Positions 33,342 to 43,779 of a DNA stretch of 64,000 nt are shown here, piece after piece. The notes below the pieces were generated by a model. That model was not told the origin of the DNA, searched no databases, and saw only the letters and a list, made by a program, of their open reading frames with translations. Numbering within the stretch: position 1 is the first letter of the stretch; every line of letters starts with the position of its first letter. This stretch comes from Nitrospirota bacterium (lineage in GTDB: Bacteria > Nitrospirota > UBA9217): contig DASPSR010000022.1 of the NCBI GenBank assembly GCA_035623825.1, positions 96,001-160,000 of the forward strand, in the 5' to 3' direction. Position numbers and translations under genes: made by a program.

Positions 33342-33600
33342 TCCATTCCAGGCGTAAAATGAGTGAAATTATCGACTTCCTGCAGTCCATGGCATTTGAG
33401 GCGGTCAACATATTAGTCCTTCACTCTTTTTGCAATAGTAGTCCTCTCTATGCCGTGTATGCATAGTAGAAATGATTCCAAGTATTTTGTACATTTCACC
33501 CCATCAAATCTTTTGCGGTCTCGAGCGGCTTGCAAAAACATTCAGACTGTAATATACTGTGGCAATCAGCTTGATGATATCGAATAGAAAGGATAATAAA

Positions 33601-34458
33601 ATGATAAGGACATCAATCCGCGCAGCCGCATGTATCCCCCTTGTTGCCATCTGCCTGCTCTTCGCGGGCCGGCCTTCCCATGCTGACATTGAGTGGTCAG
33701 AAAAAAAACAGATCAAAATCGAGGTTTCACCGATTGACATGGTGACATCTCCCGATGGCAAATGGTTGATTGTCCTGTCTTCGGGCGAGATTCTTGTGTA
33801 TTCAATGCCCGAAGGCAAAGTAATAAGCCGTATGCCGGTGGACAAGGCCTTCGACAAGCTCACATACTCCGCCGCGGACGAGACCATCATCTTATCGAGC
33901 AGCGCCGGAAAAACGGTGGAATTTGTCCAAATTGCCGAAGTTCACAAATTTTCCCTGGAAGGGCTCCCCTTCAAGGGTCCTAAGAACGCCCCTGTAACCG
34001 TCGTGGTGTTCAGCGATTACCAATGACCATACTGCGCACGGCTTGAGCCGTTCTTCCAGCAGTTGCTGGATAAATACCCCAAAGAGATCAAACTTGTTCT
34101 TAAAAACTTCCCCCTTCCCATGCATCCGTTTGCGCGAAAGGCCGCGGCCGCAGCACTTGCGGCGAACAATCAGGGAAAATACTGGGAATTCAGCCAGATG
34201 CTGTTTCAAAATTTTTCGAGTTTAGATGATGCGAAGATCGAGGACATTGCTAGACAACTCGGTTTGGACATGGAAAAGTTCAACCGGGATCTCACTGATG
34301 CGTCCGTGCAACACCTCATTGACAGAGACATAAGCGAAGCCGAAAAAGCATCTGTCCAGGGAACCCCCTCGATTTTTGTCAACGGCATGGCGCTGAAAAA
34401 TCGCAGACCTAATGAATTTCAGGAGATGATAGAAACTGAATTAAAGAAAAAGAAATAA
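33601..34458 (+). CDS. Secreted DsbA/thioredoxin-fold selenoprotein (UPYC) with N-terminal beta-propeller-like region
   Basis: The two track ORFs are in frame across TGA 34024-34026, giving FSDYQ-U-PYC; GTP motif; signal peptide; SECIS-like hairpin. Confidence 0.88.
34038..34051 (+). promoter_or_regulatory. Bacterial SECIS-like hairpin
   Basis: ACGGC-TTGA-GCCGT starting 11 nt after the UGA. Confidence 0.75.
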
Positions 34459-35452
34459 ATGGGTAGCCCGGTTTTTTCCTCTCGAGTCATCCTCATGTTG
34501 GAGGCCCTGACAAGAGGTAAGCACAGAGTATGTTGCATGTGGTGAATGACCCTTGCTTTTCCTCGGGAGTGTGTCAAGTTTTTTTGAGGGAAAAATCTGA
34601 CTGCGTCAATTACCCATAGGGGCTGGTGAAACGAGAGCTGCGCTTTTCTACCGAATATCGATCTATTCTCCGCCTTACGTTTGCCGCGGTTGACCTGACC
34701 ATCCCTGCCACGCCCATATGTGAACACACCCCCTATCTTCGAGGTTCATTGTGCTGCTCGTCCGGCACTCATGAACATCATACGTAATATATGATGACCG
34801 GCCCTCCCTTTTCTTTGAGCTGCAATATCGTCGAACCGTGTGTATTGCTTCATACCGTCAACAGCGTATGCGCATCGGTTTTCGGCAGGAAGGAGACCTG
34901 TACGGGGAATGCAGACCGTGGACAACAGCCAGCGATTTTTTTTTATAAATGCGTGCTACTATGTGAGGGTCATTGTGGTTTGAGCACAGGCAGGCATATC
35001 AAGAAGGAAAGGGGAGCCCCAACCCGGGAGCTCATCGCCGTGCTGTCGCACGAGGGAAGAGTCTTGCGGAGCAGGGTGGCGTAGTATGCAGCTGTTGTTC
35101 CGGGCATCATTTACCGTATTTATTTCTATCCGGGAGGCCGCGCTCACCTATCAGATCCTTGGACAGATCGAGTTCATTTTTGTGAACCGGCGCCGTGTCC
35201 GGAAAAGGATTCCCACCAGCAGCTTCTCTACTGCCGGAAAACACATCTCTCGTCGAAATGATGGTGGAGGCAGGTGAAGATGTGATGGTCTCCCCGGTGT
35301 GACTGGATGACACCTCTAAAACGATTGATATAGTTGACATCGTTTGTTGTTTTTGACGCTGCAGATATGATACAATGTCATATCAAAGAAAAGGAACCCG
35401 GTGACGTGCTGTGCCCACCCTTTTGCCTTTTCTGAAAAAAGGGGAATGAACG

Positions 35453-36118
35453 GTGATGAAAAGATTCCGCGTGCAGTATCTACGCCTGTTTTTTCTGGCG
35501 GGTGCAGCTCTTTTGATGACCGGTGCTGGCACGCAAACCACGCTTTCACCATACGCCGAGGCCGTGGCGAAAATCATTAAGTTCGACCGGCAGGTGCTGC
35601 TTCTGGTGAAGGAAGAGTCAGGGGAGAGTATCCATCGGCTTATCGGCTATGACGAAAAAGGCTATCAGATCGTTGCCGACGGCATCTATGTGCCGGTCCC
35701 CGAGGACAAGACGGAATCCATTCTTGGCTCGCTGCGGAAAAAACTCGCTCCCCTCAGGTATATGGCCTTCATCGTCGAGTTGAACGCCGCGATCAAGACC
35801 GACAAGATCGGGGTGCTCAAAGGCACGGACCAGTACGACATTCTCAGGATCATGCATACGAACGGCGACGACTTCGACATATCCAATGAGGATGTGATCG
35901 AGCAGCTGAAAGAGTGGGAGAAGGCCTATCCCTTTGACATCATTGGCGCGGAAAACGATTGGGTGGAAATAGAGTTCAAGACCTTACCGAAAGACCTCAA
36001 GTCCTTTGCCGAGGAAGTATATGATTTCTGCCCCGATGCAGTTGACCAGGGGGGGAGTCCTGCGGAGCTGGCAAACGAGATCCAGCAGACCAAGAGGCTG
36101 TTCCTATGGTGGGATTGA
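35453..36118 (+). CDS. DUF4253 domain protein
   Basis: TNG...DIS, L..W, A.EVY.FCPD.VDQG, LFLWWD. Confidence 0.85.
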   Translation: MMKRFRVQYLRLFFLAGAALLMTGAGTQTTLSPYAEAVAKIIKFDRQVLLLVKEESGESIHRLIGYDEKGYQIVADGIYVPVPEDKTESILGSLRKKLAPLRYMAFIVELNAAIKTDKIGVLKGTDQYDILRIMHTNGDDFDISNEDVIEQLKEWEKAYPFDIIGAENDWVEIEFKTLPKDLKSFAEEVYDFCPDAVDQGGSPAELANEIQQTKRLFLWWD

Positions 36119-36183
36119 CGGTCGTTACGATTGCGGGAGAATAGACTAAGGCTTGATTCGGTATTCTTATTTACTGTGATGAC

Positions 36184-36216
36184 AAAAAAAGCAGGTGGTT
36201 CTCAAACCACCTGCTT
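36184..36216 (-). terminator. Rho-independent terminator
   Basis: GCAGGTGGTT/AACCACCTGC stem with an A7 tract on + strand. Confidence 0.85.
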
Positions 36217-36285
36217 GGCAAAGTATTGTTTCTGACAAGATAACTTTTTTCCGCCCGAGTATAATGAATTGGCGGTATTGTTGAA

Positions 36286-36534
36286 CTACTTTCCTGCCGG
36301 GGCTGCCGGGGCTGCCGGGGCCATCGGGGCCTCTTCCTTCTTAGCGGCCTCCTTCTTCTCCTTCTTCTTCTTCTTCTTCTCGGCCTTCTTCTCCTTATGG
36401 GACTTCTTCTTAGGAGCCGTCTCTGCCTTCTTCTCAGGTGCCGGCGCCGGAGCCGGAGCCGTCTCCTGTGCGAACGCAACGCCGAGGGTCAGGACAAATG
36501 CCATTGCCGTGAAAAATGCGATAAGCTTTTTCAT
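36286..36534 (-). CDS. Small secreted Lys/Ala/Pro-rich low-complexity protein
   Basis: Signal peptide ending AFA, AAGGAGGT RBS, TTGACA-17-TAAATT promoter, own terminator. Confidence 0.85.
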   Translation of the reverse strand: MKKLIAFFTAMAFVLTLGVAFAQETAPAPAPAPEKKAETAPKKKSHKEKKAEKKKKKKEKKEAAKKEEAPMAPAAPAAPAGK

Positions 36535-37120
36535 TCAGTTTCACCTCCTTTCATCATTAATTAGCTTTATAATTTATCAAATTCACAATGCATTGTCAAG
36601 ATAAAATAAATTGCCAATCTTAATAGTGCCCGTTGCACCTTGGAAGCATCCCTGACGTAAATTCTTCAAGTCGAATTAAGACTTCCATGCGTTCACTGGT
36701 CACATAATTAAGACACGTGTTTTCACCAAAAGTTTAATGCAGTCAAAAAACCACAAAAACCTGCGTACAGTACGTTTTTTATAAAGACATGAGCAGGAGA
36801 GCCTGCCGGGAATCAAGCACATCCCCGTGGAAGAGCAAGATCCGAGGTAACGTCCAGTCGAATGCTGAAGGCCGAACAACCGCAGACAGTCGAAGCAGGC
36901 ATGCCCAGCCATGCTTGTTTCATTGAGAAACGGGTGTTCAGCATGCTGGCTGATGCGGAAAGCATCATCCGGACAAGATGGCGCCGCTCATGGAAAGCAA
37001 CGTCTGACGATGTTTCTCTTGACAACAATGGGGGAATTCGATAGATTGCGTTGGTAAGCGAATGTCCCGAGTCGATACGCGTAGCCACTAGCTTGCTGAA
37101 AGAAGAGCATTTTCGCCACG

Positions 37121-37153
37121 AATCCGTTCTTTATCGAAAAGGACGGTTTTTTT
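37121..37153 (+). terminator. Terminator in the 5' leader of the FixH/YtkA gene
   Basis: CCGTTCTTT-loop-AAAGGACGG followed by T7, about 30 nt before the start codon. Confidence 0.7.
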
Positions 37154-37182
37154 CTTGAAATTATCATGAGGAGGGATGGACT

Positions 37183-37581
37183 GTGAAAAAAATATCATTA
37201 TCTATCGCGGCTGCTGTTGTGGCGGCGATGATGCTTTTCGGATGTTCAAAAGGGTATGAATCACAAAAGACGGTAGACGACCTTAAGATCACGCTCTTTG
37301 TCCAGCGCTATCCGCTCGTGAAGGGGGACAACACGCTGAATGTAAAGATGGAAGATTCGACCGGTAAAGCGGTGACCGATGCAGCAGTGAACGTCCGTTA
37401 CTACATGCCGACCATGCCCGGCATGGCACCAATGGACTTCAACACGCAGGCGGTCCCCAAAGGCGGTTTGTTCTCTTTCTCTGCCAACGTCCCTATGGAA
37501 GGCGGTTGGAAGACAGAAGTGTCCGTGGCGCGGCCGGGAAAGCCTGCTGTCATGGCCACTTTTAATCTCGATGCGAGGTAG
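37183..37581 (+). CDS. FixH/YtkA-like lipoprotein
   Basis: Lipobox LFGC, MP.MPGMAPM, M.G.W. Confidence 0.8.
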   Translation: MKKISLSIAAAVVAAMMLFGCSKGYESQKTVDDLKITLFVQRYPLVKGDNTLNVKMEDSTGKAVTDAAVNVRYYMPTMPGMAPMDFNTQAVPKGGLFSFSANVPMEGGWKTEVSVARPGKPAVMATFNLDAR

Positions 37582-37729
37582 TCAGAAGGCAAACCAGAGA
37601 TTCTCGCGTCGGATGGAAGAAATCGGAATTTCGCTGGGAGCGCAGACGATCAAATGTTTTAAAGCTTGAGGTTTGATGTTGTTTCGGATTTAGAGCTAAG
37701 TGTTCCGGGTTTGTCGCATACATCAATTC

Positions 37730-38836
37730 ATGCCTAGGTTCTCCTTCAGGAATCTCAAGGGTATCAGGGCACTCGTGCTCTCAGGCCTTCTTGCGCTCAT
37801 CACCCTCGTGCACTATCTCGCTGGGGGGGCGCGGGCGGGGATGCTCCACGGCATTCTCGGCCACCTCTACATCGTGCCAATTATCCTTGGCGCCTATTGG
37901 TACGGGATCAAGGGCGGTTTAGGCGTTTCAATCGCAGCGGCAGTCCTCTTTTCGCCTCATCTGCTCCTTCACTGGACGGATCCATTCCTTGATATCTATA
38001 ATTTCGTCGAGTTGTTCCTCTTCCTCCTCATAGGCGGCGTCACGGGCGTCCTGAGTCAGATGGAGCGCAATCAACGCATGCGCTACGAACATGCCTTGGT
38101 AAGGCTGGACGAGTCACACCGGAAATTGAAGGAACAGACGGACATTCTGTTCCAAACAGAGGAACAGCTCAGAAGGGCTGACCGGCTGTCTGCGCTCGGC
38201 GAACTGTCCGCTGGCATGGCGCATGAGATACGGAACCCTCTCGGCTCCATCAAAGGCGCGGTAGAGATACTGCAGGACGATTACCGGCCCGGCGAAGCCA
38301 AGTACGAGTTCATCCAGATCCTCCAGAAAGAGACGGACCGCCTGAATCAGATCGTGCAGGAATTCCTGAGCTTCGCCCGGCCCAAGCAGCCTGAGTTCCA
38401 ATTAGCCGACATGAATATGTCCATCGAGTCCGTGCTTACCTTGACGGCTCAGGAAGCGAAGAAGGCCGGAGTAACGGTGGAGAAGAGGCTCGATCAGTCA
38501 ATTGGAAAACGCAGCCTTGACGCCGGTTTACTCAAGCAGGCGTTCTTGAACCTGGTCTTGAACGCCATCCAGGCCATGCCCAGCGGCGGCGTCCTGAACG
38601 TCGAGAGCGGGCTTCGAGATGATGCTGTTGAGGTCACGATCCAGGACACGGGCATCGGCATCCCAGAAGAGAACCGGAAGAAGCTCTTTAGCCCCTTTTT
38701 CACGACTAAGAAGAACGGTACAGGGCTCGGCCTCGCCATCACGTACCGTATCATCCAGAACCACAGGGGCACCATCGACGTGAAAAGCGAGCAGGGCAAG
38801 GGGACGACGTTCACGGTGAAGATCCCGATCGGGTAA
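37730..38836 (+). CDS. Membrane sensor histidine kinase
   Basis: His-containing TM helices, AHEIRNPL, DTG.G, FFTTK..GTGLG. Confidence 0.92.
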   Translation: MPRFSFRNLKGIRALVLSGLLALITLVHYLAGGARAGMLHGILGHLYIVPIILGAYWYGIKGGLGVSIAAAVLFSPHLLLHWTDPFLDIYNFVELFLFLLIGGVTGVLSQMERNQRMRYEHALVRLDESHRKLKEQTDILFQTEEQLRRADRLSALGELSAGMAHEIRNPLGSIKGAVEILQDDYRPGEAKYEFIQILQKETDRLNQIVQEFLSFARPKQPEFQLADMNMSIESVLTLTAQEAKKAGVTVEKRLDQSIGKRSLDAGLLKQAFLNLVLNAIQAMPSGGVLNVESGLRDDAVEVTIQDTGIGIPEENRKKLFSPFFTTKKNGTGLGLAITYRIIQNHRGTIDVKSEQGKGTTFTVKIPIG

Positions 38837-38852
38837 AGCCTGCCATGAGGAA

Positions 38853-40226
38853 ATGGCAGCGGCGTTTTATTGTATGAAGAAGCCTTCAGTCCTCCTTATA
38901 GACGATGACGACAGCCTGCGACGGGTCATTGAGTTCAGCCTGACCGAAGCGGGGTACAATGTCCAGGCTGCGGCAAGCGGCGAAAAGGGACTCGCCTTGT
39001 TCGAGACGGGCTCCTTTGACGCGGTTATCACGGACATCACCATGCCCGGCATGAGCGGCATGGAGGTCCTCGCGAAGATCCATCAGCGCGACGAAGCGCT
39101 TCCCGTCCTTGTCATCACTGCATACGGCACGATCGAGAATGCCGTGGAGGCCATGAAAAGAGGCGCGTTCGACTATGTCACGAAGCCTTTTAACCGCGAT
39201 GAGCTCCGGCTTGCGCTTAACAAGGCTCTCAGGATGCGGCGCCTGGAGAAGGAAAATGTCGAGCTGCGTGCCGAGATCACGGACCGATACCGCTTCCAGA
39301 GCATCGTTGGAAACAGCCAGAAGATCAAGGAAGTGCTCGAGATTGCCGGGCGCGTGGCTGCGAGCGAGGCAAGCGTGCTGATTACGGGTGAGAGCGGCAC
39401 GGGCAAGGAATTGCTGGCAAAGGGCATCCACTATAACAGCCCCCGCGCGGACGGCCCCTTCGTGGCCGTTAACTGCGCGGCGATTCCCGAGCACTTGATC
39501 GAAAGCGAGCTCTTCGGTCATGTCAGGGGCGCATTCACTGGCGCAGTTAAGGACAGGGAGGGCCGGTTCGAGCTTGCAACGGGCGGCACGCTGTTCCTCG
39601 ATGAGATCGGGGACCTTCGCGTGGAACTGCAGGCTAAGATCCTTCGCGCGCTCCAGGAGCGGCAGGTGGACCGCGTGGGCGGCAAGCATCCGGTTCCCGT
39701 CGACGTGCGTATTATCGCTTCGACGAATAAGGACATCGAACGGGCGGTCAAAGAGGGGATCTTCCGCGAAGACCTGTACTATCGGCTGAGCGTGATCATG
39801 CTGCACATGCCGCCGCTTCGTGAACGGAAAGACGACATCCCGATTCTCGTGCAGCATTTTCTGAAGAAGTTCAATAGGGGGGCAGAGGTCAGCATTGATC
39901 ACGAAGCGCTCTCACTGCTGACGGCATACGGATGGCCCGGAAATGTGAGGGAGCTTGAGAACAGCATCGAACGGGCATCGGTGCTCAAGAGGGGGAATAC
40001 CATAACCGCGGGAGATCTTCCCGATAGGCTCAAGAAAGAAAAGTCGATCGTCGAGAACATTATTTTGAACCTCCCGGACGAAGGAATAGCGCTCGAGGAC
40101 CTGGAGAGAAACCTCATCATCAAGGCCCTTGAGAAGCACAATGGCAACCAGACCCGGGCGGCGGAGTATCTCGGGATAACGAGGCCTACCCTCATCTACC
40201 GCATGGAAAAGTATGGAATAAAATAA
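38853..40226 (+). CDS. Sigma54-dependent response regulator (NtrC/ZraR-like)
   Basis: Receiver, GESGTGKE, GAFTGA, WPGNVREL, Fis HTH. Confidence 0.95.
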   Translation: MAAAFYCMKKPSVLLIDDDDSLRRVIEFSLTEAGYNVQAAASGEKGLALFETGSFDAVITDITMPGMSGMEVLAKIHQRDEALPVLVITAYGTIENAVEAMKRGAFDYVTKPFNRDELRLALNKALRMRRLEKENVELRAEITDRYRFQSIVGNSQKIKEVLEIAGRVAASEASVLITGESGTGKELLAKGIHYNSPRADGPFVAVNCAAIPEHLIESELFGHVRGAFTGAVKDREGRFELATGGTLFLDEIGDLRVELQAKILRALQERQVDRVGGKHPVPVDVRIIASTNKDIERAVKEGIFREDLYYRLSVIMLHMPPLRERKDDIPILVQHFLKKFNRGAEVSIDHEALSLLTAYGWPGNVRELENSIERASVLKRGNTITAGDLPDRLKKEKSIVENIILNLPDEGIALEDLERNLIIKALEKHNGNQTRAAEYLGITRPTLIYRMEKYGIK

Positions 40227-40351
40227 TGTTTGGGTGATACGCGGTTCAAGACTCTTGAGAGAAAAAATCTTCCCCTTCCGCCCTGAATCGTGTATCATAT
40301 ATCCGATAACGTGGATTCGCGCTGCCAATTTGGAGGGAGGAATATCGTGTC

Positions 40352-40570
40352 ATGGTAAAGACAACGCTGAAGATTCAGGGAATGACCTGCAATCATTGCG
40401 TGATGCGTGTGACAAAGGCGCTCAAGGCAGTACCGGGTGTCCAGGATGCGCACGTGGATATGAAGAAGGCTGAAGCGGTCGTAACATATGACGAAAGCAA
40501 GGCCGGCACTGGCAAGTTGTCTACCGCCGTTGTTGAGGCTGGTTACAAGGTTGTATCAAGCGGGGAATAA
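40352..40570 (+). CDS. copZ: Copper chaperone (HMA domain)
   Basis: GMTCNHC, EAGY. Confidence 0.88.
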   Translation: MVKTTLKIQGMTCNHCVMRVTKALKAVPGVQDAHVDMKKAEAVVTYDESKAGTGKLSTAVVEAGYKVVSSGE

Positions 40571-40667
40571 GCCATATTTTTTCAACGCAGCTTGACAACG
40601 GAGCTGCCTGTCAGTATAATTCCACCGTCCGGAAATCCGGTCTTCAATATCATCATAGGAGGGCTCA

Positions 40668-41747
40668 ATGGCCAAGACACTTCAGGATCTGATGCCAGCA
40701 AACGCAAGGAAGAAACTGGGGGGAGCGAGCAAGCTGAACGTACTGTCCTCTCACGATGTCTTCAGGATGCTGAAAGACGACAAAGTGATCATTATGGCAT
40801 GCAACACGAGGATCAAGCACGTGATCCCAAGTATCATGCGCGCGGCCGAGGATCTTGACGCAGTAGTCTGCTTTGAGCTCGCCAAAAGCGAGGGGAACCT
40901 CAAGGGCGGCTACACAGGAATGGACCCCCACAAATTCGCCGATACCGTCTTCGGCTACGCCGAGGCCGTAAAGTTAACGAAGCCTTTCTTTATCCATGGA
41001 GACCACGTGACGACCAAGAGCCCGGACCCCCCAGTCGTCGGGGAGTCCCGTGATCTTATCAAAGCGGAGCTCGAAGCCGGTTACACGTCGATCGCCATTG
41101 ATGCCTCGTTCAACGAGACCCATGACAACATCAAGATCAGTTCAGAACTTGGCCGCATGGTGCTTGCCGCCGGCGCAGGGCTTGAGGCTGAGGTGGGCGA
41201 AATCAAATCCACCAAAGAGGGCGGGGAGATCACGACGGTGGAAGAGGCTGTGGAGTTCATCGACGGAATGGAGAAGACCGGCGTGCATGCCGATCTGCTT
41301 GCCATCAATAACGGCTCCAAGCACGGCAACTATAAGCCCGGCGAGGAAGTTCATATAGAGCTGAAGCGCACAGGTGACATTTACGAGGCGATCAAAAAAT
41401 GGGCGGTCTGCATAGCGCAACACGGGATCACCGGCACCCCCCTCGACCTCGTGGGACAGTTCGCGGACTACGGCATCCGGAAGGGCAATGTCGGCACCAA
41501 CTGGCAGAACATAGCCCACGACGGGCTGCCTGCAGACCTCATGAACAACATGAAAGAGTGGGCGAAGAAGGAGAACAAAGATATCAAGTTCGCCACGAAG
41601 CAATTCCTCTCCGATATAAACTCGATACCACGGGAGAGCGTAAAGAAGATCGAGGATATGGCCTATAAATCGGCCGTCGAGTTCATTACCGCTTTTCGCG
41701 CCAAGGGCACGGCATCGCTCGTGGCCAAGAGGCTCCTCGGGAAATAG
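40668..41747 (+). CDS. fba: Class II fructose-bisphosphate aldolase
   Basis: IHGDH, DAS, EAEVGEI, GSKHG, AQHG.TG, KGNVGT. Confidence 0.9.
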   Translation: MAKTLQDLMPANARKKLGGASKLNVLSSHDVFRMLKDDKVIIMACNTRIKHVIPSIMRAAEDLDAVVCFELAKSEGNLKGGYTGMDPHKFADTVFGYAEAVKLTKPFFIHGDHVTTKSPDPPVVGESRDLIKAELEAGYTSIAIDASFNETHDNIKISSELGRMVLAAGAGLEAEVGEIKSTKEGGEITTVEEAVEFIDGMEKTGVHADLLAINNGSKHGNYKPGEEVHIELKRTGDIYEAIKKWAVCIAQHGITGTPLDLVGQFADYGIRKGNVGTNWQNIAHDGLPADLMNNMKEWAKKENKDIKFATKQFLSDINSIPRESVKKIEDMAYKSAVEFITAFRAKGTASLVAKRLLGK

Positions 41748-41876
41748 GATTTAACCTGAAAGAACGCTGATGCATGCGGGTTTGACGAAGGAACACCTCA
41801 CGCGTGGACCCTATCATCCATGCCTGTCATTGTGGACGCGGGAGCGCCATCCAGATGCAATTATGAGAGGCGGCAG

Positions 41877-42662
41877 ATGGACCCCCAATCCAAATGGGCG
41901 GTGATATTCGCCCGGTCCAGGAAACGGAAGCTGCTTCCGCTGGACGTAGAGAACTGCTCGCCGATAGCCCTTCGCAACATCATCCTCGATGTCAGCACGC
42001 CAGACACCATCCTTGAGCGCATCGCGCAGGTCTATTTCGAAGACGAGAATATCCTTCGCGATCTCGTCCGCTGTCCAAACTTGTCCGAGACTACGCTTAC
42101 GTTCATTGTTCTGGTGGGATCCGATGAGATAAAAAGCTTCATCGCGGGCACCCGGGTGATGGATCTGGTCGTGGCAGAGACTGCCGTTGCGGCGCCCGGT
42201 GCAGGCGCGGACGTGAAAGGAAGGGAGACAGGGGGAAAGAAGAAGCTGAATGTGCTGCAGGTGCTCCAGACCATGACGATCCCGCAGAAGATCAAGCTCG
42301 CGGTGTCTGGCGCCAAGGACGCACGGTCTCTACTGATCAGGGAGTCGAGCAAGATGGTTTCGCTTGCCGTGCTGGAGAACCCCAGGATCACTATTGGCGA
42401 GGTCGAGTTTTTTTCCAAGTCGACGAACCTGAGCGAGGATGTCATGCGCAAGATTGGCTCAAATTCAGAGTGGTCCAAGAGATATGCTGTCGCTTCGAAT
42501 CTCGTGAGCAATCCCAAGACCCCGGTGGGGATTTCACTTGGTTTTGTCAATAAACTGACCGATCACGATCTCAGCATGCTCGAAAAGAGCCGCAACGTGC
42601 CCGCTGCCGTGAGGACAGCGGCGAGGGGGTATCTCGCAAAGAAGAAGCTCGGTAAAGGATAG
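41877..42662 (+). CDS. Conserved hypothetical helical-repeat protein
   Basis: M...QKIKLA..G.KDARSLLIR, L.NP..P repeats. Confidence 0.7.
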   Translation: MDPQSKWAVIFARSRKRKLLPLDVENCSPIALRNIILDVSTPDTILERIAQVYFEDENILRDLVRCPNLSETTLTFIVLVGSDEIKSFIAGTRVMDLVVAETAVAAPGAGADVKGRETGGKKKLNVLQVLQTMTIPQKIKLAVSGAKDARSLLIRESSKMVSLAVLENPRITIGEVEFFSKSTNLSEDVMRKIGSNSEWSKRYAVASNLVSNPKTPVGISLGFVNKLTDHDLSMLEKSRNVPAAVRTAARGYLAKKKLGKG

Positions 42663-42734
42663 TTCATCGTTTTTTCTCCTTCCCCGATCATGCAATCGTT
42701 ATTCCCATGGTCAATCAATGACAGAGATATCGAC

Positions 42735-43727
42735 ATGAAACGTCCCATCGTCATAATTCTTGCGCTTCTCCTGCTCACATCCGGTTGCAGCAGGCCTAAA
42801 ACCATGCAGAAGACCGAGTCCATCATGGGCACGGATGTCACGATCACGGTCGTAGCGCGTTCGTCCGAAGAGGGCGAGGCAGCCATAAAAGCCGGGATGG
42901 CGGAGCTGCGACGGCTTGATGCCATGATGTCGCTTTACAAGGACGACAGCGAGATCACCAGGGTCAACCTTGCGGCAGGGAAGAACCCTGTTAAAGTTTC
43001 TCCCGAGATGATCGAGGTCTTGGAGCGTGCAGATGAGGTTTCCAGGCTCTCGAACGGGGTATTCGACGTGACTATCGGGCCGCTCGTTGTCCTGTGGCAG
43101 ATGCGTCTTAAGGAGGGGAAGGTCCCTACTGATGGGGAGATAGCCAGGGCCCGTTCCCTTGTGAACTTTCGCAACATAGTCATTGACGAAAAGGAATCGA
43201 CTGTCTTTTTAAGGAAACGGGGCATGATTTTGGATCTTGGCGGAATGAAGGGGTATACGGCAGACCGGGCTGCAGCCATAATCAAAAAACGCGGAATCAA
43301 CAACGCCATTATTGCCGTTGCCGGCGATATCTGGGTGTTGGGAAACAGGGCGGACGGAACATCCTGGAGGATTGGCGTGCAGCATCCGCGGGAGCGGGAC
43401 AAGACCCTGGCCGTCCTGGATATGAAGGACAAATATATATCCACGTCCGGCGATTACGAACGGTTCGTCATCAGGGAGAACAAGCGTTATCATCACATCA
43501 TCGATCCCCGGACCGGGAAGCCGTCGAAGGGGGTCATCTCCGCGACTCTTATCGGGGACAGGGGAGCTCTTATTGATCCTCTCACTAAGGTGCCTTTTAT
43601 CCTTGGTCCTGCAGAGGGGTTGAAGATCGTGAGAAAGCTCGGCGCTGAGGCCATTATTGTGGACGATCAAGGCAGGGTCTTCACGACAGACGGGATTCAG
43701 AATCTGCTGGACCAGCCGAATCACTGA
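42735..43727 (+). CDS. apbE: FAD:protein FMN transferase ApbE
   Basis: Lipobox, MGT, FD.TIGPL, LDLGG, STSGDYER, HHIIDPRTG. Confidence 0.93.
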   Translation: MKRPIVIILALLLLTSGCSRPKTMQKTESIMGTDVTITVVARSSEEGEAAIKAGMAELRRLDAMMSLYKDDSEITRVNLAAGKNPVKVSPEMIEVLERADEVSRLSNGVFDVTIGPLVVLWQMRLKEGKVPTDGEIARARSLVNFRNIVIDEKESTVFLRKRGMILDLGGMKGYTADRAAAIIKKRGINNAIIAVAGDIWVLGNRADGTSWRIGVQHPRERDKTLAVLDMKDKYISTSGDYERFVIRENKRYHHIIDPRTGKPSKGVISATLIGDRGALIDPLTKVPFILGPAEGLKIVRKLGAEAIIVDDQGRVFTTDGIQNLLDQPNH

Positions 43728-43779
43728 AAATTAAAGGAGTCTGCGTGAGGGGCAAATGTAATTGCCACGGGAGATAAGG

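Noticed and set aside
33559-34458. Two separate ORFs or a nonsense pseudogene
   Set aside because: The UGA falls exactly at the catalytic Cys position and is followed by a SECIS-like hairpin; Sec read-through is the better explanation
36791-36810. Cobalamin riboswitch 3' end (AGCAGGAGAGCCTGCC)
   Set aside because: Upstream core elements of the B12 box are absent
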